Origin: Hydrolagus colliei
Lineage: Eukaryota
Length of the DNA stretch: 64,000 bases
NCBI GenBank assembly: GCA_035084275.1
Contig: CM068750.1
Coordinates: 8,370,001 to 8,434,000 of the forward strand
Direction: 5' to 3'
The stretch's first letter is position 1; every line of letters starts with the position of its first letter. The position numbers and the translations under genes are program-made. A model generated the notes under the pieces. It saw only the letters and a program-made list of their open reading frames with translations. It did not search any database and was not told the origin of the DNA. Of the stretch, positions 40,966-55,299 are shown in pieces.

Positions 40966-41727
40966 TAAGTACAGTCGATCCATTTTAAAGCTGCCACAGC
41001 ACCTTGGGACGTCCTCCCGATGTAAAAGGCTCTCTATAAATTCATTTCTGTATTTATTATTTTGGTTTTGTTCGAATGCTAAATGCATTGTTATTCCAGT
41101 TGATCTGCAACCAAAACCAAAATGCTGACCAAAACGAAAACTCTGCAAGCCAATTGTATTTTATTTTGATAGTTGAACTCCTTTGTGGCACAATCCTAGC
41201 TAGGCATCCTATTCGACGTTCACTTTTCAAAGGGCAGGTCAGGAGAAAGGTATATACGGTAGCCTTAAATTTTAAACCCAGGTCTCCAATCAGAGTGAAA
41301 TGGTGATTTTCAATGCAGTGTGTCATGGAATCATTATCCCCCAGGAAAAGCATGTTGTATTCTTTCCTCCATATGCCTGGCTGAACGCTTCCCTTCCTGG
41401 GTACTCATTAATACTTGAGTGAAATCCCACCTTGGTAATGTCATCAGGTTAAAAAGCAAAAAATCTTTAAAGGATTTACAAACCACTTTATTCTACTGAG
41501 CAGACTAATTTTTGAGTTATTTTTTTCCCCCAATTCAGATAAGCTGCCATATTTGTTTTTATTAAACTGTTAAAATTAAATGGTATTTATAGCCATGAAA
41601 AACACTGAATATCGTAAGCTGTAGTTTTGCTACAATTCAGTAAACATAACCTACTGTGTCATGGTCCATTACAGTCTTCTGTTGCTATTTCTAAGCAGAA
41701 TGACTAATTTATGCACTTTTTATATAC

Positions 41728-41932
41728 TGAAAATCTATCCACTCTTTTTATTCTCTCAATACTGTGTGGAATAAAATTCCTGCCTCGGAGAGAGACAAAG
41801 AAAGAGAATTTATGGAAATCAGGTTTCAAACGATTTTCCAGTGTTGCAAAACATAAGTATAAATCACAAAGAGAGGCTAGCAACTTTGATTCAACTACAA
41901 TACCAGATTTCACGCAAACACATAGAAATTCC
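41728..41932 (-). pseudogene. Nested antisense gene relic: open exon candidate
   Basis: ctatAG acceptor, weak donor |gtatat; EFLCVCVKSGIVVESKLLASLCDLYLCFATLENRLKPDFHKF... Confidence 0.4.
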
Positions 41933-43557
41933 CTATAGATAATAAGCCCAGACCTTTTGGCAGTAGTTTTCTAAACAAAAAACTTCCCATTGGATTGTTG
42001 GGAGTCAGAAGAGGTAAGGAGATCGGGAAGCTAAGTGAAAGTGGAAGGAAGCTATTTCCCACTTGACAAATTTTCACCAGTATGTGTGTGTGCTATCATT
42101 ATTTTTAAATTTTATTTCACAATCACACAATCATTCTGTGCCATTAGCTTGGCATGTTTAGTGCCGTGGTGCTCTGCAAATCTTTGGGCACATTATGCAC
42201 ATTTTTTTTTCTGTAGAATTTGGCAGCAAACTTGTTTGTTTCTTCCTGATTTTTTTTAGATATTTTTCCAAAAAAAACCTGGGCTGATGGGAACAACCTC
42301 TTTGATATTTTGTTTTGGTCATCTGTTTAAAAGCATAACAAATGCAGATGGTTTTCATTGCTTGTACTTCGCATCCTTTCTTCGGTTAGTGGGAATATCG
42401 GTGATGAAAAGGAAAATGTTCAGTTATATAATGTTGCAGAAAATTATAGCTCTTAAGATTTGATAGACTAAGAAAAACAATGAGTTTTCTGAATGGTATC
42501 CTGAGAACAATTGTTTTAGACTGATGGTGAGCAAATAACCACTTTCAGGGCATAAATAAATGATATTCATGCATTTATCCACACACAAATACTGAAAAGC
42601 TTTCTGGAGTCAGCATTGTAAAATAAGCACTTGGAATTAAACTGAGATTCAATAGCACCCACATGCTTAATCCGTTCACTGTAAAGCAGTGCTAGGAAAT
42701 TGTAAGAGGAGCCAACAATCCATCAGTGCACCAAATAGCCTTGCTTCCAACAAGTATACCACGCATCACCCACAAAATACACAGACAATCCATTTTACAA
42801 TATATCCTGTGAAGTGCTTTGAGACTTCTCGACAAAATGATACAGTGCTATATCAAATGCAAGGATTATTATTATCCAAGTACAAGTTTGGATGACATTT
42901 CAGTGACTGCTTTCAAAAGCGAATTGTTTATTTAACCACTTTTCGTAGCTGCAGAATTCAGTTCAACCCAAAGAGAAATTGAGTACATTTCCTCTTCAGT
43001 CACCGTTTTCACACAGATTACATTTGACTTTTCATGAAATGTAAGTCATCAAAAAAACCTATAATAAGAAACTAACCTGCACAATTTGTGAATATAATTG
43101 ATTTCCACTGGAATTTAAAAAGTTTAAAATAGAGCAAAATGGATAAAACGTTTAAGCATTTAATATAAAAAAGATGATGTGACAGACAACTTGCAGCTCA
43201 GAATTGAGAGGCTAAATCTTGCATATGCATTTATTTCACGGCTGGTAATAATGAGATCAGGAGTGTGAAATTAAATGCTTGATGTTGATTTATTGATTTA
43301 CAAATGGATGTGACAGTAGGAAAGGTACAAGGGTTGTAGGCAGACGAGAATCTAAAACGGATTCCTTTGTAGTAATTACAGGTGTCATAGATGTCACTCC
43401 CTTTGAAAACTCTCATTTACAATGGACAGTGTTAATCTTCTCAACGTATAGATTGGATTTAAACTCTGACCAGCTATAACACCTTTCTTTCCAAAAATGT
43501 CCCACTTTGTAATAAACTGCTAGTCATTTTTTGATAAATTTACAGGACCAACAGTAA

Positions 43558-43725
<168 letters not shown>

Positions 43726-44212
43726 TGACAAAATATTGAAATGTTCTACGTAGAATGATTGGTGTGTCATTGTAGTTAGCTTGTGCACAACTCAGCAGAA
43801 CTGAGCCACCTACATTCAGAACCTTTTACTGTACTTATGTACAGTGTATTTCGATCATCTCTCCCCTCCAAACCCACTTCTGTTCCCACCTCCAGCCCCA
43901 TCCCACCACACTTCCCAGTTCAGGTGCTCAGCCAGCAGGATGAAGAGCTTTAAGCATCCTCCCAACATGAAAGGCCAGATATAAATGTAGATTGTATTTT
44001 ATTCTTCCAGAGATGACAGATAAGGACTTTAAGAAACATTCTTCCGATATATTGCAGGCTTACATTATAAATGCATGCAAAGCACAAGAGCCCTAGTAGG
44101 CAATTATTTACATTTTGAAATGCTGAATTGTTCAGAAATCCTTAAATAATAGATTATCATAATGGTAATTTCCAATGTGCAAGCTTTTTGCTTTTTCTGT
44201 TCTATCTTTTAG

Positions 44213-44286
44213 GATTACTTGAAGCAGGTGCTGGACATTGACCTACACGCCCAGATACACTTTGGTAGAGTTTTTATGAAACCAGG
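44213..44286 (+). CDS. gphn: Gephyrin exon DYLKQVLDIDLHAQIHFGRVFMKPG
   Basis: tttAG acceptor, GG|gtaaga donor, 74 nt. Confidence 0.97.
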
Positions 44287-44740
44287 GTAAGACGCAACAA
44301 CACTAAACTCAATTTATAAATGCTTTGTTTGTATCAGATTCAGACTAAAGGGAAGCTCTTGAATTTTAATCCAAACAGTTTTGTTTATTTACTTTTCATT
44401 TGAACCAAAATTACACCTGGTCGAGCATTGGCCCTCTGGAAATCAAGAAACAGGCAGGGTGGACTTTATTTGAATCCTCTGCAAAGAATACCACCTTCCT
44501 CCCTTAGCAAACTAATCATCTAAACACATTGAGTCACCACTTCCACCGTAAAAAAAATGTCACCTAGGATGAAGAGGTCTCTTCTCTCACCAGTGATACA
44601 TGTGGCCTCTTTATTGAAGATAGAAGGCACTCAGGAATAGCTCCCTAATACCCTCCCTAAATCCCTCAACAACAACAACTACTTCAATTTATATAGCGCC
44701 TTCCACGCCGGACGGCGTCTCAGAGCACTTCAAAATTTAC

Positions 44741-45139
44741 ATTTGTTTACATGGCAATTTTGTGTTTTAACTTGTTGAATGAATCAGCTCCTTGGATCTG
44801 GAAGCTACAATGTCTTTAGACATGTAGGGAATCGTCTAAATGAAGAGGCACAAAAGCTGTTGGTTCTTTGTCTCTATCGGACCATGTGATAACATGAAGG
44901 TAGATAAAAGGAAGCAGAAAGAGCAGTTAATCTCAACTACAGCAAGGACAGCCTTAACAAGATCTTTTTGATCAGTTCTCTCAGTATTTTGTCTTTGGGG
45001 CTGAAAAGCTCAAATGGAAGACGTACTTGACAAACTAACCCGATGCAATTCCCTACATCTCTAAAGGCATTGTAGCTTCCAGATCCAAGGAGCTGATTCA
45101 TTCAACAAATTAAAACACAAAATTGCCATGTAAATAAAT
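44741..45139. repeat. 92-bp inverted repeat (44741-44832 / 45048-45139), 215-bp spacer
   Basis: Arms are reverse complements with 4 mismatches by manual alignment. Confidence 0.92.
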
Positions 45140-45149
45140 TTAGGTCACA

Positions 45150-45557
45150 TGCTCTTCGCCAAGTTCTTCAGAACACCATTTTGATTGTGAAAGTCGCTTC
45201 CGAGAAAGCAAGCTCTGCTTTTATGCCTCCGGGAAAAAAAAGCCAGCATATCTGTTGCAGAAGATGCTCGAGATGTGAAGTTGGATATTGATGTTTTAAT
45301 TGTAACATAGGACCATTTGTGACATCTTGGTTTGCTAAGCTTCTCACAGAAAAGTCACAGAGATTGGAGCACAATTCATGTCAATCATTCCCCACGTAAT
45401 CAGTTCCCAGTATAAGCGGTTACACTGAGGGCAGGCGCTTATCGAAGGCCAGGCGTTCCCCATGGGAAGGTCAGGAAAATTAGAGGGAAAGTTACTCCAG
45501 GCGGCACTTCCACAACCAGAATGACTCATTTGAGCAGTATATACAATATAGTATAGA
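45150..45557 (-). pseudogene. Nested antisense gene relic: frameshifted exon (3' boundary uncertain)
   Basis: ttgtcAG acceptor, phase 2; LYYIVYT...CPQCNRLYWELITW then shifted ELCSNLCDFSVRSL...HLEHLLQQICWLFF. Confidence 0.5.
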
Positions 45558-46292
45558 CTGACAAGATTAGCAAAGGTAGAAACACAAAAAAATGTGTAAA
45601 GCATAAAGTGATCTTAAAAATGCTTTGCGACCAAAGATGTATATGCTTACACCGCAGTTGAATAATATACAAGTCAATTTATTGTCAAAATGGTCTGTTT
45701 CACCCATAGCTCCCAGTGTGTCCTTCTTTCTCAACCGTTGTATCTGAGCTGCTGTTGTGTTCATGTTCGCAGTTCCACTTCCAGCATCTGAATTTTACAT
45801 CTGTTCATGTCAGGAACATAACAAATAAGTCTTGTTAGTGCTGACAGTTTTATTTTAGAACTGCACCAAGCACACAAAAAGAATGTGTTTGTATATTGCC
45901 AGAGATGGTTTATTATAATTAGAATTACTTCCCTGTTTATGCAAAGACTTGCACATTGGCTTTCAAAAGTACAGTAAATTTAGTACAAATTTGAAAACAA
46001 ATAGTGCAAGAAAGCACAATTTCTAAATTCATCCTTGTCCATATTATTATCCAAAGGCTACCAAGTTTTATCAAACAAAATATGCCAGTTCATTTCTCAG
46101 CAACCTCTTCCCTCTTCCCCCAAAAAAACAAATGAGACTGCTCTATGAAATTGCAACTGAAATATAGTGTTAAACTTTCAAAGGATTTAAAACGTGATGC
46201 TTGCTTACAAAAGCATAATTTCTTATTGCCTTCAAAGTTACTGAAAGGGAATCCCGTTGTTTGCTTTCTCAAATCTCTAGACAGTATTTTAA

Positions 46293-46421
<129 letters not shown>

Positions 46422-47950
46422 TAGAACTGTCACAAGCTTAACATCAACACTTACTGTCTGCTGTTAGTTGTGATGGCTTAAGGTAAGAGATGAGCTGAAC
46501 TTATCATTGTAGGTTTAGTAATATCTGCACTTATGTATAGGAGTGCAAATGTTTCTATACACGGGAATCACTTTTAGATTTGTTTTGTTTGTTTTATGTG
46601 CGACATGTGCTTGATAATATAGAGTTAGTAATATAGTTATCAGACCAAGTTGTATTCGAATTGCAAGCATGACTTTCCAGGTGAAACAGTTCTAGAAATA
46701 TGGATCCTTACTTTCCATCACTGTGTCTGAGCAGGAATGGCTGAAGTTAACCGTTGGCTTATCTTTGCAGACCCTGTTTGAAGGGTGTGTTGAAGGATCT
46801 GGTTTCATTTCTAGTTGCATGGAATATATATGATTCTGTTGCAAGATATGGTCATTTTGTCACTGAATCTTTGTAAAGAAAATTCATAACTGGTCATGTT
46901 TTATCTTTAATATCCGTTTTGGGAATAAAAAGCACCAGACCATGCAGAACATCACTTTTCTGGGGTTTTGTTAGGGAACCGTACCAGCAACACCATGTTT
47001 CCACTTATTCACCCACCCACCCCTCCCTCCTCCTCCTCCTCAATCCAACTCTTTTTCTGTTAAAACAAATAAATCTGGTGTGTAAGACCATTGCGTAATC
47101 TATTGAAGGTGTGCTACCCAAAAATAAATCTACACGCATCTCCTTACCCCCATGAAAGTTACATGGAAAACAGATTTGTACCATTTAGTCAATACACAAT
47201 GTTAATGGCTTGCATTCATAACCCATGCATTTGATTTAGATCTTAGAATTGTATTGCTTTATAATGTGCATCACATCATCATGATGACCTGCCTCATTTT
47301 ACTTTTGTACCGTTTTCATTCATATGTTTTCGTCTCATTTAATCTTAACCCCGGCGGCACCTCACGTGTAACTTGTTCTTCACACATGCGCTCAATTGTC
47401 GGTCTTGCAGTCCCCACTTGGAAATGAAACCAATCTACTTTATTCAAAAATAAAAGTTGAAACTGCTACATCCCATAAACTTTGACGTGTGTATGGGAGC
47501 TGCGGCCCGATGTAGTTTGCATAGATTGAGGAGTCATTTTCGAAAACTGCCTCATAAATTGCAAAGAGCCGTGAACCTGGACAGCTTGCTTTGAATTTTA
47601 ATGTAAAGATCTCGTTGCTATGAAATAGTAGTGTCAGTAAAATTGTTTTGGGGCTAGAATGATTGGAGGGGAAATCATGATTTTTTTTAACATGCTTGCT
47701 TTGTGTACAGGATAATATATAGCTAGCAATGAATCGCGAGGTTGTAATTCAGTTGACCACTGCTGATGGCGTGATAAACCACAAAAAGTAACCTGTGGTT
47801 TAGGAGCATCCGCAGGACCCCTCCCTTCACCCCAACTCCCTCCTGGGCACTGAATTGAAGCCTTCAACTTGTTGCTAGCTATTAGTTAATTTATGTAATA
47901 TATATTGAATAGTTTATTTGAAAATAACATTCGTTTCCAACTTTTTTTAC

Positions 47951-48420
47951 CGTTATGCAGCGGGCGCGGTAGAGGCTGATGGTGACATAGGATCTGAAGG
48001 TATATGGCATCACACGATGGGTATTATAGTATTTGGAGGGATTTTTTCCATCAGGGGATTACCACTAAATAAACTATTCAGTATATATTATAAGCCAGTT
48101 CTTGCTGCAATTAAACAAATAAGCAGTTAAAAATGATTGCGTTTTTGTTCTAATATTTAATACTTTTGTTCTTCCCGCATCCTGATTTTTTTTCAGTTTT
48201 TTCCACTTGGTCCCTTACCTCTTTTGTCGGGACACCGACATGTCACATGCCATGCCACACAACTTGATTCCAGGCTCTTGGCTATTGCACCTAGAACCAG
48301 ACTGTAGTAAAGTGGTACTAATTGATTTACCCTCCAAATTCCTAAATCTTCCTTGGAGAATTCGTTTCAGTTCCCCAGGTGGCCACAGCTGATGCTGGGA
48401 ATTCAACACATGCAGAGAAT
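47951..48420 (-). pseudogene. Nested antisense gene relic: two exon candidates (about 48420-48219 and 48064-47951)
   Basis: Donor AG|gtaagg at 48219 (phase 2, ...LWPPGELKRILQGRFRNLEG...QKR); next exon tttAG...CG|gtaaaa, 114 nt phase 2/2 with stops; matches the phase-2 acceptor at 45557. Confidence 0.45.
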
Positions 48421-50102
48421 CTCAGCTGCATATTTTTATCGAGCCATTCCCCAGCATAGCTTGAACAAGTACATTGTACCACTGGGGTTACCAGCAGATA
48501 TAATGTTAAAAGGGAAAGCAGTGCCTGCCAGTCTTCTGCCAAAATTGCTGTCGTCTTAGGAAATGCTGAGCTGTTGCATTACAAGCCTCGCATAATTGTT
48601 TCTCAGAATAATCCTGTTGCATAATTAATACATTATGAAAACAATGAATCCGATATTGTTTTGACATGATATCCCTTCAGGAGTTTAATTTATTTGCTTA
48701 TAATTATTTGAAAGCCTGCTAAAGGCTTTTGTAAATCGAGTCTCTAGCTGATGAGAAAACCCCAGCACAATTTTAAAAGAAACAAAGAAAGGATGGTATT
48801 GGTATTTGATTTTTCTCCAGTTTGTTCTTGGATATTGAGCTGCTGATCTCAGCTGCTCAATATGCACAAAGGCACAAAGTGGAGGTGATCACTTCCCCCA
48901 AAAGGAAAATATTTGGCAACATTTAATTTGTGGTGGGCAGACACTGAAACCACTTGCAGAGGTTTAAGAACAGTTTGCTTGCTCTCCAAGTTTGTCTCTC
49001 ACTAAGGGGGAAATATATACATGAGTTTTGCCAGCTTTATTAAACCAGATATAGCAGAGCAAACTTTTGATAACTATAGATTGTCATTGGCTATGACAAT
49101 AGCTGTGTGCACATGGTGAAACAGTTCAAATTTAAAGGTTCAGCTAATAATGGAGATTGAGGAACAACCCATTGTGATACAACTGCTCGACTCATTAACA
49201 AAGCACAACTGGACAATCAGTTTATTTCATCCGTTTTAACATTATCATCAAAAAGCTGGAATATCAAGAGACTAACCACTGCTTTAACGAAGCTGGGTGG
49301 CCATCATTGAGTTTCTGCCTTGTTGCTCAGTTGTCAATTGAATCCCAGCTTTTACAAGAAATATACATGAAAATAATTGTGCTTTGGTTTTCATTATTCC
49401 CTAATAAAGATTTGGGTATTAAAATCTCAATAGAGATTTTAGACAATTGTCACAAGAAATGATTTTGGTTTTGGCAGAAATACGTAACTATGGACATTTG
49501 AGAATTGCCATGAAAATTAATTCATGTTTTGCAATGCTGCAATATTTTTGAACAAGATGTTCAGCACAGACTAGATTGTACAGCTTTCATCACACAGCAA
49601 TTGTTTCTACAGCACCTCAGAATATGTATGGCAATATTGACTCAAAAGCCCAATATTTAATTGTAATGTCTTAGTGAAGTCATACGTAAAAGGTTTTGTC
49701 CATATCTTTGATATCGGGAACGCCTTTCAGTGTCAGTGTTACACAAAAACATGCACCCGACTGGCATAGAATATTGGGAGCTTTGCTGGGCATGGCTGCA
49801 GGGAAAAAGCCCATTGATTGCTTTTGAACTCAGTGAAGTACAAAGCCATGCAGACCAGTGGACTGAATGAAGATGGGCTCAATGCAACAGTCCATCGTCT
49901 ACATTGCAGATGTGTGATCGAGCTACCTCCATACTACACGATCATAACTGGAACCACACCAAGGAATTGTCAAGTGTTTATATCTTAGTGGTTAAACCAG
50001 GAAAACAACCCAATTCAGCTGTGTGTTTTTTTAAACTGCAGAGAATATAATTCTAAAACACCCAACACTTTTTCTGCTTTTGGAGCACTTTCTGATGCAA
50101 AA

Positions 50103-50300
50103 GCAACAAATTATATTTGTGTAGGGCCTTTCACATCAGAAGGACATTCCAAGGCGCTGGACAGTCAGCGATTTGGACCCGAGCTGGGCGTTGGGATCAG
50201 GAGGGGTAGAGGATAGGGAGGGTAGGAGTAGGAGGGTGAGCAAAGACATGGTGGAAGAGGAGGGTCTTGAGACTAGTCTTGAAAGAGGTGAAGAGACTGC
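50103..50300 (-). mobile_element. L2 3' fragment
   Basis: Reverse complement of the family tail plus tctttcaagactagtctcaagaccctc. Confidence 0.7.
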
Positions 50301-50960
50301 AGGATAAAGTTCCATTGGGGGCAGTATCAATGATGCAGTAGCATTGTTGGGAAATCTGCTCTTTGTGTAGATGTTCAAGTGCAAAGTGTCCCTTCAGTTA
50401 CTAGAGTTATTAGAAGCTGCATTCAGCCAGGTGATTGCTCTGTTTTATCTCCAGCCACGACCAGGACAAATTCTCCACAACTTTGTCGCTTTAAGAAGGC
50501 GCTAATATCATCAACGGATGTGGAGTTTTGCCAACTACTTGAGATCACAAAGATCCAAGATGTGGTCATTGCAAAGAAATGCGAGGACTGAATGTAAAGG
50601 AAGGATACCAAAAATATACATAAGGATGTAATCTTTTACATCCTTAGATTACATTTAGAATACAGTCAATTCACTTTACAGTATATTCTGTGAAGCGCTT
50701 TGAAACGGCTAGAAGACGTGGAAAGCGCTATATCAATGCAATTGCAAGGATTATTATTATTTTTGGTCCGCAGGAAAAAATAATTGTGCTTTGTACATCA
50801 CTCTGAAGTAATATCAACAGTTTTACCAAATATTCCAATGCATTTTCCTATGGTGAAAAAACATTTTGATTTCACACTCTCAGTGATAGATAGGCACAGC
50901 CGACAGAGGTAGTGTTTTATTCGTGGATGTCTTGACCATATTGTTCCAGATTGTAATCAT

Positions 50961-50975
50961 GCGCCACCTACTGGC
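50961..50975 (-). promoter_or_regulatory. CTCF-like binding motif
   Basis: Minus strand GCCAGTAGGTGGCGC fits the consensus CCASYAGRKGGCRS. Confidence 0.55.
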
Positions 50976-51022
50976 TGGTTACAGAATAACACTGACTCAG
51001 ACCGGGAAGCAGGCCACTCATA

Positions 51023-51397
51023 CAACAACAAATAATAAATAACAAATAATAATCCTTGCCTTTCATTTGCGCTTTTCATGTCTTCTGGATGTCTCAAAGC
51101 GCTGCACAGAATTTACTGTAAAGTGAATGGACTGTATATCCCAGCGCCTTGGGACGTCCTCCCGATGTGAAAGGTGCTCTATAAATGTAATTTTGTTGTT
51201 GTTTATTTGTGAGCGAAACGCGGCATCCAATTGCGCATAGCAGTGTCCCCCAAGTAGTTGTGGATTGAGATGACTAATTTTTTTTGAGGGATTATGTGTG
51301 TGGAGTAAGGAAACTTGCCCAAGGTTTCACCCTGCCTAGAATCAAACCCAGGTCTCTCGCTTGTGAGGTGAGTGTTCTAACCACTGAGCTACAGGAC
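51023..51397 (-). mobile_element. Full-length tRNA-SINE with a nested opposite-strand L2 tail (51141-51203)
   Basis: Reverse complement of the 58051 family, interrupted by cagcgccttgggacgtcc...(gtt)n. Confidence 0.85.
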
Positions 51398-53121
51398 TAC
51401 AAGCCAACAAAGGGGGATAAAAGAGGAAAACTAAAATAAATAAAATGATCAAAACCATATTTTTGAAACGCAATTCTTTTCAAAAGCACTGCCAACTTGA
51501 ATTCCAAATGTCATAGTATTGATCAAATACAGAACAACTGTATACATAATTCCTCACTGCACTTACCTTGGATGAATATTTTTATTGTAATAAAGCAATT
51601 GTTGTGTGAGCAGGGCTTTCCATGTGAATAGTCTGTGTTGATGCTTTGTGAAATATTCCAAAAATCAGCCAAAGAGGACAGCAGAAACCTTTTACTTATC
51701 CGGGTTTGCTGGTATGGCTTAAATAAAGTCAGAATGCCATTGCAATTGTCAACAATTGGAATTGTTCAGGAAACAGAATATTTAGATAGAATACTGTAAA
51801 TTTCCCCGATTGTCCAAACTAAGTTAATGAAGCCAAATTGCCATTTAGTTCTAAATCCGTGTGTTCAATCCGACAGTTGTCTGTAACAGATTGTCGATTA
51901 CAAATTATTTTCCTAACAGTTATGTTGCACCCAAGAGCTTTGTCTCCAGTTCCTGTTCCATATTGTACTTTGCCAAAGTATTAAATGCATAATGAAACAT
52001 TCTTTTGTTCTGTAATTTTCGAGCAGCACTTCCAAGTTGCATTTTTCATTTTGAATCATTGGATTACTGAAATTTAAATCAACAATCTCTTTTGATAAAT
52101 AGTAGCTTGGAAATGCGTATACTCCAAAATTTAAACCTCCACCCTGTGTGTTTTTCTTCATCATCATCATCGAAGTCACCATCATCCGAGCCAGAATATG
52201 TTGATTCAATTTCCAGCAACCTTTGTTGTACAGTGGATGTAGCATCAGTCTTTGTTGTTTTGTTTTTATCATGTGAACCACAGTATGGGTAGTGCTGCTG
52301 CAGCTTGGGTAAGCATTAAAGAACAACAAAAAGTAAATGATCTGAATGCGTCCAATTTTGGTTACGAGAACAGCCTTTGCTCACCACTTATGACAATTTC
52401 ATGGCAATGGATTTTTCACATTTATAAAAGGAAAACAGTGGCATCCTGTCATCAGTGTGTTAGCCAAGGATTTGTTTGTCTGGTTAATTATATCTAATTC
52501 ATACGGGCAATTATATAACAAATGGCATCTGCAATGCAGTGTGACTTGTAAAGAAAGGCCTTGCATTTGCCAGGTATGATGAACTTGTGCATTCTTTTGT
52601 TTGTAATGTTTCCTTCCACATCAATAAGGAGGGGAATCCGAAGCTGTGAAGACACTTTAAAGCTCAGATGAAGTTTAGTTGGATCTCAAAGAACGGGTTC
52701 TTGAATGCACTCCAGATCCATCCATGCTCTCAATTTCAATTGGTGCCAGTTCAGTCGATCAGCAGGTCTGACTGAAATTTTAAGCAAGGGCAAATAATTT
52801 CTTTGGAGCCACGTTCTGCAGTTAAGAGTGGATATTAGGCTGCTTCTCATCCTTTCCTTATACGGTACAGATAGAAAGGGGATTTCTACGATAGATAACC
52901 AATCATGTGCAGCACTGAGTGTGTTCAGTTCCAAACAGTGCAACAAAAGGGCAGCTACCCATAAGAAAATACTTGAAACCAAATGGAAGAAACGCTTGCT
53001 CCCACAGATTGGCAGTGATCGCCTTTTTTCGGAGTCATAGCTGTTGCCTGCTTGGTTCCAAGCATGATTCTCGTTGCATGCCACACTAATTGTATGTCGC
53101 TTGGTAATGTTACATAAGTAA

Positions 53122-53340
<219 letters not shown>

Positions 53341-54512
53341 TGATGCAAGCAGACAGTGTCCTCGTCCTGATAACCTTCTGGTGCTGATTGATTAGAAGCT
53401 GACTGGGACACAAAGATGTACGAGTCAAATGTTTTTGTTTTCAGTTTATAGACAACCTGATACCAGCTTAAATAAATACGTTTCATAGATAGTCAGTCAT
53501 CTTTTCCTCTGATACCTGGTTGAGTGCAGCATTAATAACCCTCCAATGTAACACACAAGTGGCCAAACTCAATCCAGCTGGCATCAACTAACTCAGTACT
53601 GTAGTAACCACAACCTACCTAATCTACATCCTCTCAGTATCGGGCCATGTATTCCATTTATCCCTGAGCCGTGGGAGGAGAGATATTTTTATTTTACGTA
53701 AGATTGTACAGCACAGAAACAGGCCATTCGGCCCAACCTTTCCATCTCTGTGCTTTTACTCCACATCAGTCTATTAATTAAATTGTGTATTGATTTAAAG
53801 AAGTTTCTCCTGCTTGAGAAAGCTTTTTTTTATGGCAAAAGCAGAATTGCTTTGTTTATGCAGAGTTATGTTATATAGTCTTTTTACTTAGAGATTACTT
53901 TTACCTTTAACTGTGATTGTTTTACAACGGAATTGATAAAAAGAAATTTTAGCACTGCCACCTCAAATGGCTTATCAGCTTCAACAAGGTCAATCACAGG
54001 ACGAGAATAGATTCAGTCTATCCTGTCTACTCCTCCACACGAAGATTCTAAGGAAATAAAAGTCTGCCTCCAGGCAAGCACATTTGTAGTTTCCCCTGTG
54101 TTGGCTTTGCTCCAAGACTGAGCCACACAATTCCTGTGTTATTGCTCTAAATTAAAAGTAGGAGAAAGGAGATATTTTTCTGCAAACAAACTTTTGAAAT
54201 TCAAATGCTTATTAAAAATGTATTATTTTTACACATAGTTTGCAACACACAGTGTCACAAACAACGCCTCCCTGGCAGGCTATCTATTTTAACAGTGTTA
54301 CGCAAGGGAAATAGAATAATGAACAGACTCACTGTTGTAGAACAAATAAAAGATCTTTCTAGTTACGTTATATGATGGCAAAGAATCTAGAATCTATTTG
54401 TCATTTTAAAAGAGAATTACGGAGTTAGGACATGCATTCTCACAAGATCGGAAAGAGCTGTTTGTAGTGGTTAGGTTATTGCTAATTCCAACTCTATGTT
54501 CTTTTCATATAG

Positions 54513-54620
<108 letters not shown>

Positions 54621-54957
54621 TGAGAGCAATGATCCATATTATAACCAAGCGAATTCACAACATGGTACAGAAAGATTCTGCTCATTAATTGAATCTGCAA
54701 CTTCTTTTATATACTGTCACTCATTTCTTCAATGTCACTGCATGTTACTTTATTTTCGCAAACCTTTGTGAGTGCAATACCTAGAGTACGAGGTTGTCTC
54801 AACATTATTAATTCAAGCTAGGTTTGAGGCTATAGGTAGATTGGACAAAGAGGCAGAACATCGCAATCTGCGCTTCGTCCAAGATTGACGACCTCAAATA
54901 AATTGCTCTTCAAGGCTTTCTCCCTTGCTGGTGATAATCGCCTCAAATAAGCCCTCA

Positions 54958-55299
<342 letters not shown>

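Noticed and set aside
48300-48400. FAM71/GARIN similarity of GELKRILQG
   Set aside because: The following FESxFIQ motif is absent, and the match is too short.
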